DNA of 64,000 bases from Candidatus Nomurabacteria bacterium RIFCSPLOWO2_12_FULL_40_42 (GCA_001786195.1 MFVS01000008.1:21057-85056); one strand, 5' to 3'. Positions 45,802-55,043 are shown, counted from the stretch's first letter. Numbers and translations: made by a program. The notes: generated by a model not told the origin, from the sequence alone.

Positions 45802-46335
45802 ATGAAAGATAAAATTGTAGTTTATACGGACGGAGCAGCTAAGAGAAATCCTGGGAACGCTGGCTGGGGAGCTGTTTTCATAATTCACCCCTACCCGGCC
45901 TCCCCCTTGATAAGGGGGAGGAGTCAGGAGGGGGTCTTCGAAATTGGCGGGGGAGTAGAACACGCTACCAATAATATTATGGAACTAACTGCGCCGATAG
46001 AGGCATTGAAATATTTAAAGACACTTTTCCCTAGTGAAGTCCCTAGGGATATCACTAGGGAAAGAAATATAGAAATTATTTCTGATTCTAAATATGTGAT
46101 TTTGGGAATCACTGAGTGGATTTTTAATTGGCAAAAAAATAATTGGCGCAATGCCAACAAAAAACCTGTTTTGAATCGCGAGCTTTGGGAGGAGCTATAC
46201 AAACTGACCGAAGAGTTAAAGCCAAAATGGACGTATGTAAAAGGACATAATGAAAATAAATACAATGACCGCGCTGACTTGATTGCCACAAGTTTTGCAG
46301 AGGGCGCTCAAGTGGAACTTAAAAGTAAAAAATAA
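45802..46335 (+). CDS. rnhA: ribonuclease HI
   Basis: VVYTDGAAKRNPGNAGWGAV...TNNIMELTAPIEAL...ISDSKYV...KGHNENKYNDRADLIA. GC-rich palindromic insert at 45899-45921. Confidence 0.85.
   Translation: MKDKIVVYTDGAAKRNPGNAGWGAVFIIHPYPASPLIRGRSQEGVFEIGGGVEHATNNIMELTAPIEALKYLKTLFPSEVPRDITRERNIEIISDSKYVILGITEWIFNWQKNNWRNANKKPVLNRELWEELYKLTEELKPKWTYVKGHNENKYNDRADLIATSFAEGAQVELKSKK
45899..45921. repeat. GC-rich palindromic in-frame insert in rnhA
   Basis: CCTCCCCCTT-gat-AAGGGGGAGG, a perfect 10+3+10 palindrome inside an extended imperfect palindrome 45887-45940. Encodes ...SPLIRGRSQEGVFEIGGGVE. Confidence 0.6.
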
Positions 46336-46353
46336 TTTTAGTATATTTTAAAA

Positions 46354-47859
46354 ATGCGAGATAGGATTTTTTATGCGATATGTTTTGGTTTTATCTTTGG
46401 GGTGTTTTTGCGCTCTTTTTTATTTTTCAATTTATATTTTGCTGTTTGGGTCGCAGTGGTCAGTGTGGCCTTAGCTTTATTTTTCTCTCTAATTTCTAAA
46501 AACAAGTGGGGCATCATATTCTCCATTTTTATTTTAACTTTTTGCTTAGGAATTTTCAGATTTCATGCGGCAGATGTTCCATCACCTAGTGTTTTCGAAT
46601 CGCAGGTGGGTCAAAAAGTATTTTTCACTGGAAAAATTATAGATGAACCGGATATAAGGGAAAATAATCAAAAACTGACTATTGAAGCGCAAATTGGACA
46701 AGACCCACGTCAGGGCGGGGCAAGCAAAACTAAAATTTTAGTCACTGTAAATTTCGGTCAGGATTTTAAATACGGCGACGAGGTAAAATTTTCGGGAAAA
46801 TTACAGAAACCGGAAAATTTTATGACGGATCAGGGTAAAAAGTTTGATTATGTAAATTATTTAAGGAAGGACGGGATTTATTACGTAATGAATTATGTAA
46901 ATGTCGAGGTCATCTCAGGGGGGAATGGCAACATAATTAAAAGCGCGCTGTTTTTCGTAAAAGAAAAGTTCTTAGCGAAAATGGATTTTGCTATAAAAAC
47001 TCCTGAATCGCTTCTCATGGGTGGTTTGATATTGGGCGAGCGTTCTTCTTTTAATAATGAAATGCGAGAGAAGTTTATAAATACTGGCACGATCCATATC
47101 GTGGCTCTCTCGGGATACAATGTGACAATCGTCGCCGAATGGATTATGAAACTATTTTCTGGAGTGCCTTATGTAGCTAAAAATTTCGGCATTGGGATGG
47201 GTATTTTCACTATTTTGCTTTTTGTGTTGATGACGGGTGGGAGTTCGACTGCGATCCGGGCGGGGATAATGGCGACCTTAGCGCTAATTGCCCGCGCGAC
47301 CGGGAGAAATTATGACGTCGCGCGGGCTCTCATGCTCGCCGGGGTGGGAATGATTTTACTAAATCCTTTTGTGCTAGTTTACGACGTATCTTTTCAGCTT
47401 TCTTTTATCGCGACAGTGGCGGTAATATTTTTTACCCCTAGAATTGAAAAATATTTTTTATGGGCGCCAGATGTTTGCAAACTGCGGGACATCATTTCCG
47501 TCTCCTGTGCCGCCTATATTTTTGTCTTGCCATTTATCCTCTACAAAATGGGCAATCTTTCTCTAGTCGCCCTGCCGGCCAATATTTTAATTCTACCGTT
47601 TATCCCGTTTACCATGTTGCTCGGGTTTCTGACTGGTTTTGTCGGGCTTATTTCATATATATTGGCTGTACCCATAGGCTATATTTCCTATCTCATGCTT
47701 CATTATGAACTCGGAGTGATAAATTTTTTCTCCAGTCTGCCCTTTGCCGCTTTTTCTGTTCCGAATTTTCCGCTCATTCTAACAACTTTAATTTACATCT
47801 ATTTTATTTATAGACTTTTTGGCAGAAATATAAAGAGTTTCTTTACTGCGTCCCAATAA
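46354..47859 (+). CDS. comEC: ComEC/Rec2 competence channel (membrane domain only)
   Basis: About 10 TM helices. ALSGYNVTIVA and FQLSFIATVAV are competence-domain signatures. No beta-lactamase domain in this ORF. Confidence 0.75.
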   Translation: MRDRIFYAICFGFIFGVFLRSFLFFNLYFAVWVAVVSVALALFFSLISKNKWGIIFSIFILTFCLGIFRFHAADVPSPSVFESQVGQKVFFTGKIIDEPDIRENNQKLTIEAQIGQDPRQGGASKTKILVTVNFGQDFKYGDEVKFSGKLQKPENFMTDQGKKFDYVNYLRKDGIYYVMNYVNVEVISGGNGNIIKSALFFVKEKFLAKMDFAIKTPESLLMGGLILGERSSFNNEMREKFINTGTIHIVALSGYNVTIVAEWIMKLFSGVPYVAKNFGIGMGIFTILLFVLMTGGSSTAIRAGIMATLALIARATGRNYDVARALMLAGVGMILLNPFVLVYDVSFQLSFIATVAVIFFTPRIEKYFLWAPDVCKLRDIISVSCAAYIFVLPFILYKMGNLSLVALPANILILPFIPFTMLLGFLTGFVGLISYILAVPIGYISYLMLHYELGVINFFSSLPFAAFSVPNFPLILTTLIYIYFIYRLFGRNIKSFFTASQ

Positions 47860-48448
47860 CTTTAGAAAAGTTTTTCTCTACAACCTCCCAGTTAACATTA
47901 TCCAAAAAAGCATCAACATATTTTTTCTTATCTGTCGCATAATCCAAATAAAAGGAATGTTCCCACATATCAATTCCAAAAATCCAAGCAAGTCCGGTAA
48001 GGTGTCCTAGATGTTGTTCGTCAATCCAAGCATTGAGAAGTTTTTTATTAATGGGGTCATAATAAAGCACTGCCCAGCCAATACCTCGCGTCATAGCAAT
48101 TGTTTTGAAGCGAGCGAACCAAAGGTCAACGCTACCCCATTCTTCCGTCATCGCTTTTTTAAGCGGACTTTCTCCTTTCACGATTTTTGCTCCACCTTCT
48201 AAACTTTTGAAATAATATTCGTGATTTCTCATTCCATCAAACTCAAAAGCGAAGCGGCGCTGAATTTCATCTACGACATAGGGTGCAAAAGTATCTTCCT
48301 TCGTATAACCTTGATATTCAGGAATTTTTTCTAAAATAAGATTCGCATTTTTAACATAGCCAGCATAAAGTTTTAGGTGTTCTTCAATTGTTTTTTTTGA
48401 TATTCCTTTTAATTCTCCGATATTGAATTTTATTTCTTCAAATTTCAT
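47843..48448 (-). CDS. Fe/Mn superoxide dismutase
   Basis: C-terminal DMWEHSFYLDYATDKKKYVDAFLDNVNWEVVEKNF matches the SOD DVWEHAYYL...VNW signature. Start at MKFEEIKF (48448). Confidence 0.8.
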   Translation of the reverse strand: MKFEEIKFNIGELKGISKKTIEEHLKLYAGYVKNANLILEKIPEYQGYTKEDTFAPYVVDEIQRRFAFEFDGMRNHEYYFKSLEGGAKIVKGESPLKKAMTEEWGSVDLWFARFKTIAMTRGIGWAVLYYDPINKKLLNAWIDEQHLGHLTGLAWIFGIDMWEHSFYLDYATDKKKYVDAFLDNVNWEVVEKNFSKVIGTQ

Positions 48449-48466
48449 GTGTGCTACTATTATATC

Positions 48467-49336
48467 ATGTGGCGTAAAAAGCAAAAGTATACTCTGTGGA
48501 TACTAGTCATTGGTTTAATTATTGTAAATATTTTTCTTTTCCGCTTAGATTGGAAGAATTCTCACCGAGGTCTCACTTTTGCAATGCTGGACATCGGGCA
48601 GGGTGACGGGCTTTTTATTGAGTCGCCAACTGGAACGCAGATATTAGTGGACGCTGGTCCGCCTAGAAAAATATTAAGTGCTCTTGCGCGTATGATGTCG
48701 CCATTTGATCGGCACATAGATGCGATTGTGATTACCAATCCGGATGCGGATCATATCGGTGGATTTCTGGATGTTTTAAAAGTTTATAAAGTAGATAGAG
48801 TATTTGAGCCCGGCACATATAATGATTCTAAAACTTATCAGAATTTAGAGAATGAAATAAAAAATAAAAATATTCCGGATATTTTGGCAAAAAAAGGTAT
48901 GAGGCTGGATATCGGAGGCGGAGCAGTGATTGATATTTTGTTTCCAGACAGAGATGTTTCATTGTGGGACAGCAATGACGGATCAATTGTAGCAAAATTA
49001 ACTTATGGCAAGACTTCCGTCATGCTTACTGGGGATGCAACTGCCGAAACAGAAAAAATAATTCTCGAGGAATTTTCCTCGCTGCAACTTTGGAGCACTA
49101 TTTTAAAAGTTCCACATCACGGCTCGCGGACTTCTTCTTCGGTTGCTTTTGTAAAAGCTGTTTCACCCTCGTATGCCCTAATTTCGGATGGTAAAGACAA
49201 TAAATATGGTCATCCACATCAAGATACATTGGATACTCTAACTTTATTCGGCGCAAAGATTTTTAGAACTGATTTACTCGGGACCATTATTGTAAAGTCG
49301 GACGGGAAAAGTGAAAAAATTCAACCTTTGCATTAA
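48467..49336 (+). CDS. MBL-fold metallo-hydrolase (ComEC C-terminal-domain-like), separately encoded
   Basis: N-terminal TM helix. GQGDGLFIESPTG, ITNPDADHIGG, MLTGDAT and LKVPHHGSR are the metallo-beta-lactamase motifs found at ComEC C-termini. Confidence 0.75.
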   Translation: MWRKKQKYTLWILVIGLIIVNIFLFRLDWKNSHRGLTFAMLDIGQGDGLFIESPTGTQILVDAGPPRKILSALARMMSPFDRHIDAIVITNPDADHIGGFLDVLKVYKVDRVFEPGTYNDSKTYQNLENEIKNKNIPDILAKKGMRLDIGGGAVIDILFPDRDVSLWDSNDGSIVAKLTYGKTSVMLTGDATAETEKIILEEFSSLQLWSTILKVPHHGSRTSSSVAFVKAVSPSYALISDGKDNKYGHPHQDTLDTLTLFGAKIFRTDLLGTIIVKSDGKSEKIQPLH

Positions 49337-49502
49337 AATGTAGCCCTTTCCTAGCCCAGTAGATTTTTTCATACTAGGGTCTGGAAGGGAATCCGCGCGG
49401 GTTTCGGCTTTTTGTTTTGGCGGGATTTGGGTGGGCTTTTAATTTAAAACATGGCCTCCTATAAATAATATAACAGAAAAGAAATGTGCTAGAATAAAAA
49501 CT

Positions 49503-49958
49503 ATGTTTTCCGTATTCAGAGAATGGTGGATTTTAAGACAATTAACAAAGCGTTGTATGAAAAAAGACGTGAGAATTTTATCTAATGGAGGGGACATAAA
49601 TGAATATGGCCATATTTCAAAAGAGAAGTTCTTAAATGAGATTTCAGCAAAGTTTTTGGGGATAATACCTAGAACAAAATATTGGCAAATGCGTTTAATT
49701 CGCAAATATAGAGGGACTCTTGAAATAAGTAAGAAAAGAAATCCCTATTATGCAGTTGAAGGTTTTGATGGAACAGAAAAATGGATAAAAATTTCGGCAC
49801 ATGGAGATGATTTTAAACTTTTAGTTGCTTTTAGAGAATGGTTAACATTATGGAAAGGAGTGTTGATTCTTATAATTACAGTTTTTGGTTCCCCTTATCT
49901 TCTTATTTTTAGAAATTGGTTCATTAAAATTACTACACCTTATTTTCCTTTGTGGTGA
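49503..49958 (+). CDS. hypothetical protein (islet)
   Basis: 151 aa with a C-terminal hydrophobic helix. No recognised family. Confidence 0.3.
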   Translation: MFSVFREWWILRQLTKRCMKKDVRILSNGGDINEYGHISKEKFLNEISAKFLGIIPRTKYWQMRLIRKYRGTLEISKKRNPYYAVEGFDGTEKWIKISAHGDDFKLLVAFREWLTLWKGVLILIITVFGSPYLLIFRNWFIKITTPYFPLW

Positions 49959-50016
49959 TTGTGATATAATAAGTACAAGAATACAAAAAAATTATTAATT
50001 AACAAGAGGAAATAAT

Positions 50017-50211
50017 ATGAATAATTTAACTGGTTTTGATTATAAGCGGGTTGGGATATTACTAATTTCCGTGTTGGTTGGTTATTTTGTGGTAATTTTG
50101 ACCGCGCCAATGTTTGAAAGTTCAGGAGTAAGTGGTATAGGCGGTCTTCTAGGACTTCTCTGTGCGATAGTAGTTTATAAAAGATTAACAAAAAAAGAAA
50201 TTAAAAGTTAA
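50017..50211 (+). CDS. small membrane protein
   Basis: 64 aa with two hydrophobic helices. Confidence 0.3.
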   Translation: MNNLTGFDYKRVGILLISVLVGYFVVILTAPMFESSGVSGIGGLLGLLCAIVVYKRLTKKEIKS

Positions 50212-50541
50212 GAAAAAGTAAAATGGACTACGAAGACTTGCAAGAAGAAAACTTAAATTTTGACGAAAGACTAACCAACCTTGAACATCAATTTAGCAAA
50301 CTCAGTAGAAGTTTGGATTTTTTTCTTCCATTAATGGGTGGGGCTATTCTTATTATTCTGTGGAAGATTTTTTTCTAGAGCAATTAAGTATATAGTTCCC
50401 AATATTTATATAATACCCAAAATAATAGATTTTTTCAAGGTGTATTGCTTATTTTAACAAGCTTGAATTTTGCTTGACCTCGTTTGTTTGCTATATTGAC
50501 ATGAGTTTGCTCTTGATCTCAATTTTTAGTATCATATAGGT

Positions 50542-51024
50542 ATGTCTCTACATCGGAAAAAGTACCAAAATGCTGTCTTGTACTTGTGCCAAAAACTAAA
50601 AGGTGAAGTACGGGGAAAGAAAAAATTGGCGAAATTATTATATTTTGCTGATTTTGACTTGTACGAAAAAATTCAAAAATCAATAACTGGAGATGTGTAT
50701 AATGCCCTTCCTATGGGGCCAGTTCCTTCGGCGTTGGAAGAAATCACCAAAGAAATGGTTAAAAATAAAATTCTTGGAATTAAGCAAGTTCCCGAGCGTG
50801 AAGGATACAATGCAACAGAAGTTTATAAATGTCTTACTGAACCAGATTTGTCTGTTTTTGATGAAGAAGAAAAAAAAATGCTTGATCGAATTGTGGTCAA
50901 ATACGGTCATTTGAACGGAAAACAATTGGAAGAGTTGTCTCACGCAGAAGCGCCCTACATTGGCACAGAATTACGAAAGGAAATTCCGTATGAGTTAGCT
51001 TTCTATCGTGGTACTGAATTTTAA
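50542..51024 (+). CDS. Panacea-domain (DUF4065, SocA-like) antitoxin-type protein
   Basis: KKLAKLLYFADFDLYEKIQKSITGDVYNALPMGPVPS matches the Panacea/SocA signature. Confidence 0.65.
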   Translation: MSLHRKKYQNAVLYLCQKLKGEVRGKKKLAKLLYFADFDLYEKIQKSITGDVYNALPMGPVPSALEEITKEMVKNKILGIKQVPEREGYNATEVYKCLTEPDLSVFDEEEKKMLDRIVVKYGHLNGKQLEELSHAEAPYIGTELRKEIPYELAFYRGTEF

Positions 51025-51030
51025 TGATTT

Positions 51031-51399
51031 ATGATTGAATTTTTCTACCATGACGGCATTCAGAAAGAAATCGTCGATCTAGAGCGACGATTTCGCACTA
51101 TACGCCAGGGTTTAGCTTCTTTTGAGAGATTGTGTGAAGTTCAATTTAATCCAACGCAACCGAAACAGGTTATTGCTCCGGCTAAATTACATCGCGTCAC
51201 TCAAAATGATATCTGGACACTCTGGAAAACCGAACTTGTTATCCCAAATTCTGGATTGAGACCAAATCAATGGCCAAGAGTTTGGTTTGTTGTAAAAGGA
51301 GACATGATAGCTTTTTTGTGTATTTCTTCTCATGTTGATAATTATAACGACGAAGACATAAGCAACCTGGCTATTTCCCGAGTGTCTGATTTTTTTTAG
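51031..51399 (+). CDS. hypothetical protein, candidate toxin partner of the Panacea protein
   Basis: 122 aa ORF 6 nt downstream of the Panacea gene. Confidence 0.35.
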   Translation: MIEFFYHDGIQKEIVDLERRFRTIRQGLASFERLCEVQFNPTQPKQVIAPAKLHRVTQNDIWTLWKTELVIPNSGLRPNQWPRVWFVVKGDMIAFLCISSHVDNYNDEDISNLAISRVSDFF

Positions 51400-51404
51400 C
51401 TCGC

Positions 51405-51460
51405 CAAGATTTTCCGGACGGACTTACTCGGCACTATTATTGTAAAATCAGACGGGTCTG
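51405..51460 (+). pseudogene. degenerate duplicate of the 3' end of the MBL gene (insertion scar)
   Basis: About 80% identical to 49250-49305. Would encode AKIFRTDLLGTIIVKSDG, as does the real gene end. Confidence 0.45.
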
Positions 51461-51475
51461 TGTTAAGATGGCAGT

Positions 51476-52732
51476 ATGCCAAGTAAAATGTTAGACAAAC
51501 TAGTAGAAAAATTAATCAAATCGGAAGAAAAGAGACAGCGGGAAGGGTTGGAGCTTATCCCTTCGGAGAATTATGTCTCCGAAGATGTGCTCACGGCAAA
51601 CGGTTCGGTTTTTACCAATAAATATTCCGAAGGCTATCCGGGGCGCAGATATTATGGTGGGCAAGAAAATACAGATGCGATCGAGCGGCTCGCCATAGAG
51701 CGGGCTTGTAAATTATTCAATTGTAAATTTGCCAATGTCCAGCCGCACTCTGGCGCTCCGGCCAACTTGGCTGTATACGCGGCCCTGCTCGAACCAGGGG
51801 ACACAGTTTTGGGAATGGATCTTTCCCATGGCGGGCATTTGACGCATGGTCACCCGATGACGCTTCCAGCCAAGATTTATAATTTCGTCCGATATAAAAT
51901 GAAGGATCCGGAGACTGGCGAGATCGACTACGAAGACCTCCGCCGGGTGGCAATCGAAAAGAAACCAAAAATAATTCTGGCTGGTTTCTCCGCCTATTCT
52001 CGCACACTAGATTATAAAAAATTTGTGGAAATTGCGCGGGAAGTGGGGGCAATCACTATGGCCGATATGGCACACATCGCCGGGCTGATCGCGGCCGGGG
52101 CGCTTCGCAATCCGTTTGATGACGGTTTTGATATTATTACTTCGACGACGCACAAGACTCTGCGTGGCCCGCGCGGTGGCTTAATCCTTACTCGTGAGAA
52201 TGAAGAAATTGCCAAGAAAATTGATAAAACAGTTTTCCCAGGCATCCAAGGCGGCCCACATATGCATACGATTGCCGGGAAGGCTGTGGCTTTCGGCGAA
52301 GCTCTGACGCCAAAATTTAAAAAATACGCGGTCCAGGTTTTAAAAAATGCCAAAGCTATGGAAGAAGTTTTAAGAAAGAATAATATTCGCATGATCGGCG
52401 GTGGCACCGACAATCACCTAATTTTGGCTGATGTTTTCGGCTCTCTGGGGGTGACCGGCAAAGAGGCCCAGACGGTTTTCGACGAAGTCGGGATTACGCT
52501 CAATATGAATATGATCGCGGACGATCCGAGGAAGCCGATGGATCCGTCCGGAATTAGGTTCGGTACGCCAGCTATTACCACCAGAGGTTTCAAAGAGAAA
52601 GAATGCAAGCGGGTGGCGGAGCTTATGATTTCTGTCCTCAAAAACAAAGATGATAAAAAATTAAAAGAATCAGTACATAAAGAAATCAAAGCGCTGGCCA
52701 AAAAGTTTCCGATACCAAAGAAGTTTGTGTAA
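51476..52732 (+). CDS. glyA: serine hydroxymethyltransferase
   Basis: LELIPSENYVS...GYPGRRYYGG...TTHKTLRGPRGG PLP-lysine motif. Confidence 0.92.
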   Translation: MPSKMLDKLVEKLIKSEEKRQREGLELIPSENYVSEDVLTANGSVFTNKYSEGYPGRRYYGGQENTDAIERLAIERACKLFNCKFANVQPHSGAPANLAVYAALLEPGDTVLGMDLSHGGHLTHGHPMTLPAKIYNFVRYKMKDPETGEIDYEDLRRVAIEKKPKIILAGFSAYSRTLDYKKFVEIAREVGAITMADMAHIAGLIAAGALRNPFDDGFDIITSTTHKTLRGPRGGLILTRENEEIAKKIDKTVFPGIQGGPHMHTIAGKAVAFGEALTPKFKKYAVQVLKNAKAMEEVLRKNNIRMIGGGTDNHLILADVFGSLGVTGKEAQTVFDEVGITLNMNMIADDPRKPMDPSGIRFGTPAITTRGFKEKECKRVAELMISVLKNKDDKKLKESVHKEIKALAKKFPIPKKFV

Positions 52733-52735
52733 AAC

Positions 52736-53200
52736 ATGTCTCACATTCACGAAAAAATTGATTTTACGGTAGAAGTTTTCATTGTCTATAAAAACAAAGT
52801 GCTGCTTCGCATGCACGACAAGCATCACCGCTGGCTTTCGGTCGGCGGGCATATCGAGCTCGATGAAGACCCAATCCAGGCGGCGATGCGGGAAGTGAAA
52901 GAAGAAGTGGGGCTTAAGGTAGAAATTATCGGTTCCAAGCCGGAAATTAAAGATGAGTCTGATTACAAACATCTGGTTAGTCCCAAATACCTCGGGTGCC
53001 ACATTGTAAATGAGACCCATAAGCATATTACTTTTGTGTATTTCGCTCTTTCTTCTTCCGATACAATAGTGGATTCTCTAATGGAGCACGAGCGAATGGA
53101 GACCCGTTGGGCAACCAAGGAAGAATTGAAAGCAATGGGCCTGCGGCCAAATATTTTATTTTACGCCACAGAGGCGTTGAAAGAATTAGGTAAAATGTAG
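52736..53200 (+). CDS. NUDIX hydrolase
   Basis: Nudix box GGHIELDEDPIQAAMREVKEEVGL. Confidence 0.8.
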   Translation: MSHIHEKIDFTVEVFIVYKNKVLLRMHDKHHRWLSVGGHIELDEDPIQAAMREVKEEVGLKVEIIGSKPEIKDESDYKHLVSPKYLGCHIVNETHKHITFVYFALSSSDTIVDSLMEHERMETRWATKEELKAMGLRPNILFYATEALKELGKM

Positions 53201-53220
53201 AATTGCAGATTAGAAAAATT

Positions 53221-53259
53221 AAATGATACAATCTTTGCCATGGCAGAATATGTATCACT
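53221..53259. repeat. about 39-bp hairpin repeat, copy 1 (TGATACA..TGCCATGGCA..TGTATCA)
   Basis: Nested palindrome between two convergent genes. About 80% identical to the copy at 53759-53797. Confidence 0.5.
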
Positions 53260-53734
53260 CAATATACGACCTAGCTAGCTTAAAAATTCTAATACATTTG
53301 TCGAGTTTTATTTCTTCAAGATATTTTTTGAATTCTGCCGGCAGGGGAGATGGTCCGACCCAAACACTTTTTTGAATCATCATGTAGTCAAATTTTTTGA
53401 GGTGCCATCGGAGCCATTCTCTTTCCGGCTTTCTTTCCGTTGGTACATCAAACATTAAAAGAAGATTTTTATCTTTAGAAATATTTTTTGGCTTACTAAA
53501 TTGTTTGAGAGAATCAATTTTTCTTCTGACATATTCTTTTCCGTTTTTTGAAAGAATAACACCGGTTAATTGTTTTTCGATGATATTTTTTCGTTTTAAA
53601 CGATCAATCACTGTTCGGATGCTCCTTTGTGAGTATTTTTTGAAACGAGGAATGCCAAAAATATTCACGGACGTTCCTTTGTATTTGATTTCTGTATCCC
53701 AAAGCTCTCTCAGGATCTCTTTTGCAATAGACAT
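53255..53734 (-). CDS. hypothetical wHTH protein with Cas2/VapD-like C-terminal fold
   Basis: N-terminal winged-helix-like region. C-terminal NLLLMFDVPTERKPEREWLRWHLKKFDYMMIQKSVWV has a Cas2-like beta-alpha-beta pattern with a conserved Asp. No CRISPR array in the window. Confidence 0.4.
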   Translation of the reverse strand: MSIAKEILRELWDTEIKYKGTSVNIFGIPRFKKYSQRSIRTVIDRLKRKNIIEKQLTGVILSKNGKEYVRRKIDSLKQFSKPKNISKDKNLLLMFDVPTERKPEREWLRWHLKKFDYMMIQKSVWVGPSPLPAEFKKYLEEIKLDKCIRIFKLARSYIE

Positions 53735-53758
53735 GCAATGTATTGTAATTCAAAGACA

Positions 53759-53797
53759 AAAATGACACAAGCTCTGCCATGGCAGAAAGTGTGTCAT
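53759..53797. repeat. about 39-bp hairpin repeat, copy 2
   Basis: AAATGACACAAGCTCTGCCATGGCAGAAAGTGTGTCATT lies in the divergent intergenic region. Compare with copy 1. Confidence 0.5.
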
Positions 53798-53871
53798 TGG
53801 GAATAAATATAACAAAGGTGTATAATGAAAAATGTTATACGCTAGAAATTTATCCAGGCTAAAAATTAACT

Positions 53872-54276
53872 ATGAAAATATATTTTGCAGTATCAGTCAG
53901 GGCAGGACGAAATGATGCCCCTATATATCCAGAGATTATAAAACTTCTTAAAAAATACGGTGAAGTTTTGAGTGAGAGAAATGGAGACCCATCTTTTCAC
54001 GGAGAAATAAATATGACTGATAAAGAAATATTTGATCGAGATATGGATTGGTTAAGGTCAGCCGATGTATTGGTTGCTGAAGTTACAACCCCAAGTCTTG
54101 GGGTAGGTTATGAAATTGCCGCTGCTTCTAATATAAGAAAACCAGTTCTTTGCTTGTATCGAAAAGTCCCAGGCAAAAAAATTTCTGCTATGATTAATGG
54201 AGATACAAAATTGACAGTAAAAATTTATAAAACAGTAGCAGATTTGCCGGAGATTTTAAAAGAATTTTTTAAGTAA
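53872..54276 (+). CDS. 2'-deoxynucleoside 5'-phosphate N-hydrolase-like (DNPH1/Rcl family)
   Basis: MKIYFAVSVRAGRND...ADVLVAEVTTPSLGVGYEIAAA...ISAMINGD closely follows the DNPH1 consensus. Confidence 0.7.
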   Translation: MKIYFAVSVRAGRNDAPIYPEIIKLLKKYGEVLSERNGDPSFHGEINMTDKEIFDRDMDWLRSADVLVAEVTTPSLGVGYEIAAASNIRKPVLCLYRKVPGKKISAMINGDTKLTVKIYKTVADLPEILKEFFK

Positions 54277-54324
54277 TTTCCAAACAGTTTTTCATTTTGG
54301 CCTTTTTTTTGATATAGTTCTGTC

Positions 54325-55017
54325 ATGGTCAAAAAAGGCAAACTTATCGTAATAGACGGCACAGATGGTAGCGGCAAGACCACTCAGGCAAATTTGCTTG
54401 TAAAACATCTTCGTAAGGATGGCCGCAAGGTCAAGTTTATTCATTTTCCACGTTACGAAGATAATTTTTTTGGAAAATTTATCGCGCACTGCCTCTCCGA
54501 GCAATATTATAATTGGGTAAATATCCATCCGAAGATCGCTTCGGTTATATATGCCGCCGACCGCTTTGAATCCAAAGAAAAAATACAAGGATGGTTAAAA
54601 CAAGGCTATACCGTGGTTATGGACAGATATATTTCTTCGAACCAGATCCACCAGGGCGGCAAGATCGCGAATCTTAAAAAACGCGAGGCTTTTATCAAAT
54701 GGCTGGCTCAAATGGAATATGAAGTTTTGAAAATTCCGGCGCCAAACTTGACCATTTATTTATCCCTGCCTGTTCAGATGGTTTTGAAATTGATCCGGGA
54801 TCGCAATTACAAGGGCGCTCGCGCTTATTTGGGCAGCAAAAAAGATGTTCATGAAAAGGATAAAAACTTTTTAAAAAATTCTATCAAAAGCGCTCTCTGG
54901 CTCACTCGCACCCAAAAAAATTGGATCAAAATCGAATGTATGAAGGGAAGCAAGCTTCGAAGTTTTCCTGATATTCATGAAGAAATTTATGAAAAAGTTA
55001 AGAAGGTTTTGAAATAA
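54325..55017 (+). CDS. tmk: thymidylate kinase
   Basis: GKLIVIDGTDGSGKTTQ P-loop. DRY motif MDRYISS. Confidence 0.9.
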   Translation: MVKKGKLIVIDGTDGSGKTTQANLLVKHLRKDGRKVKFIHFPRYEDNFFGKFIAHCLSEQYYNWVNIHPKIASVIYAADRFESKEKIQGWLKQGYTVVMDRYISSNQIHQGGKIANLKKREAFIKWLAQMEYEVLKIPAPNLTIYLSLPVQMVLKLIRDRNYKGARAYLGSKKDVHEKDKNFLKNSIKSALWLTRTQKNWIKIECMKGSKLRSFPDIHEEIYEKVKKVLK

Positions 55018-55043
55018 TTACATATATGTGATATACTCCTTGT

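Noticed and set aside
47843-48448. Possible loss of the first His metal ligand in the SOD (EEHLKLY versus HHTKHH)
   Set aside because: The alignment is ambiguous by one residue, which would restore the ligand. Not enough evidence to call a variant active site.
53255-53734. Calling this gene cas2
   Set aside because: Only a fold-level resemblance, with an added N-terminal wHTH. No CRISPR array or other cas genes anywhere in the window.
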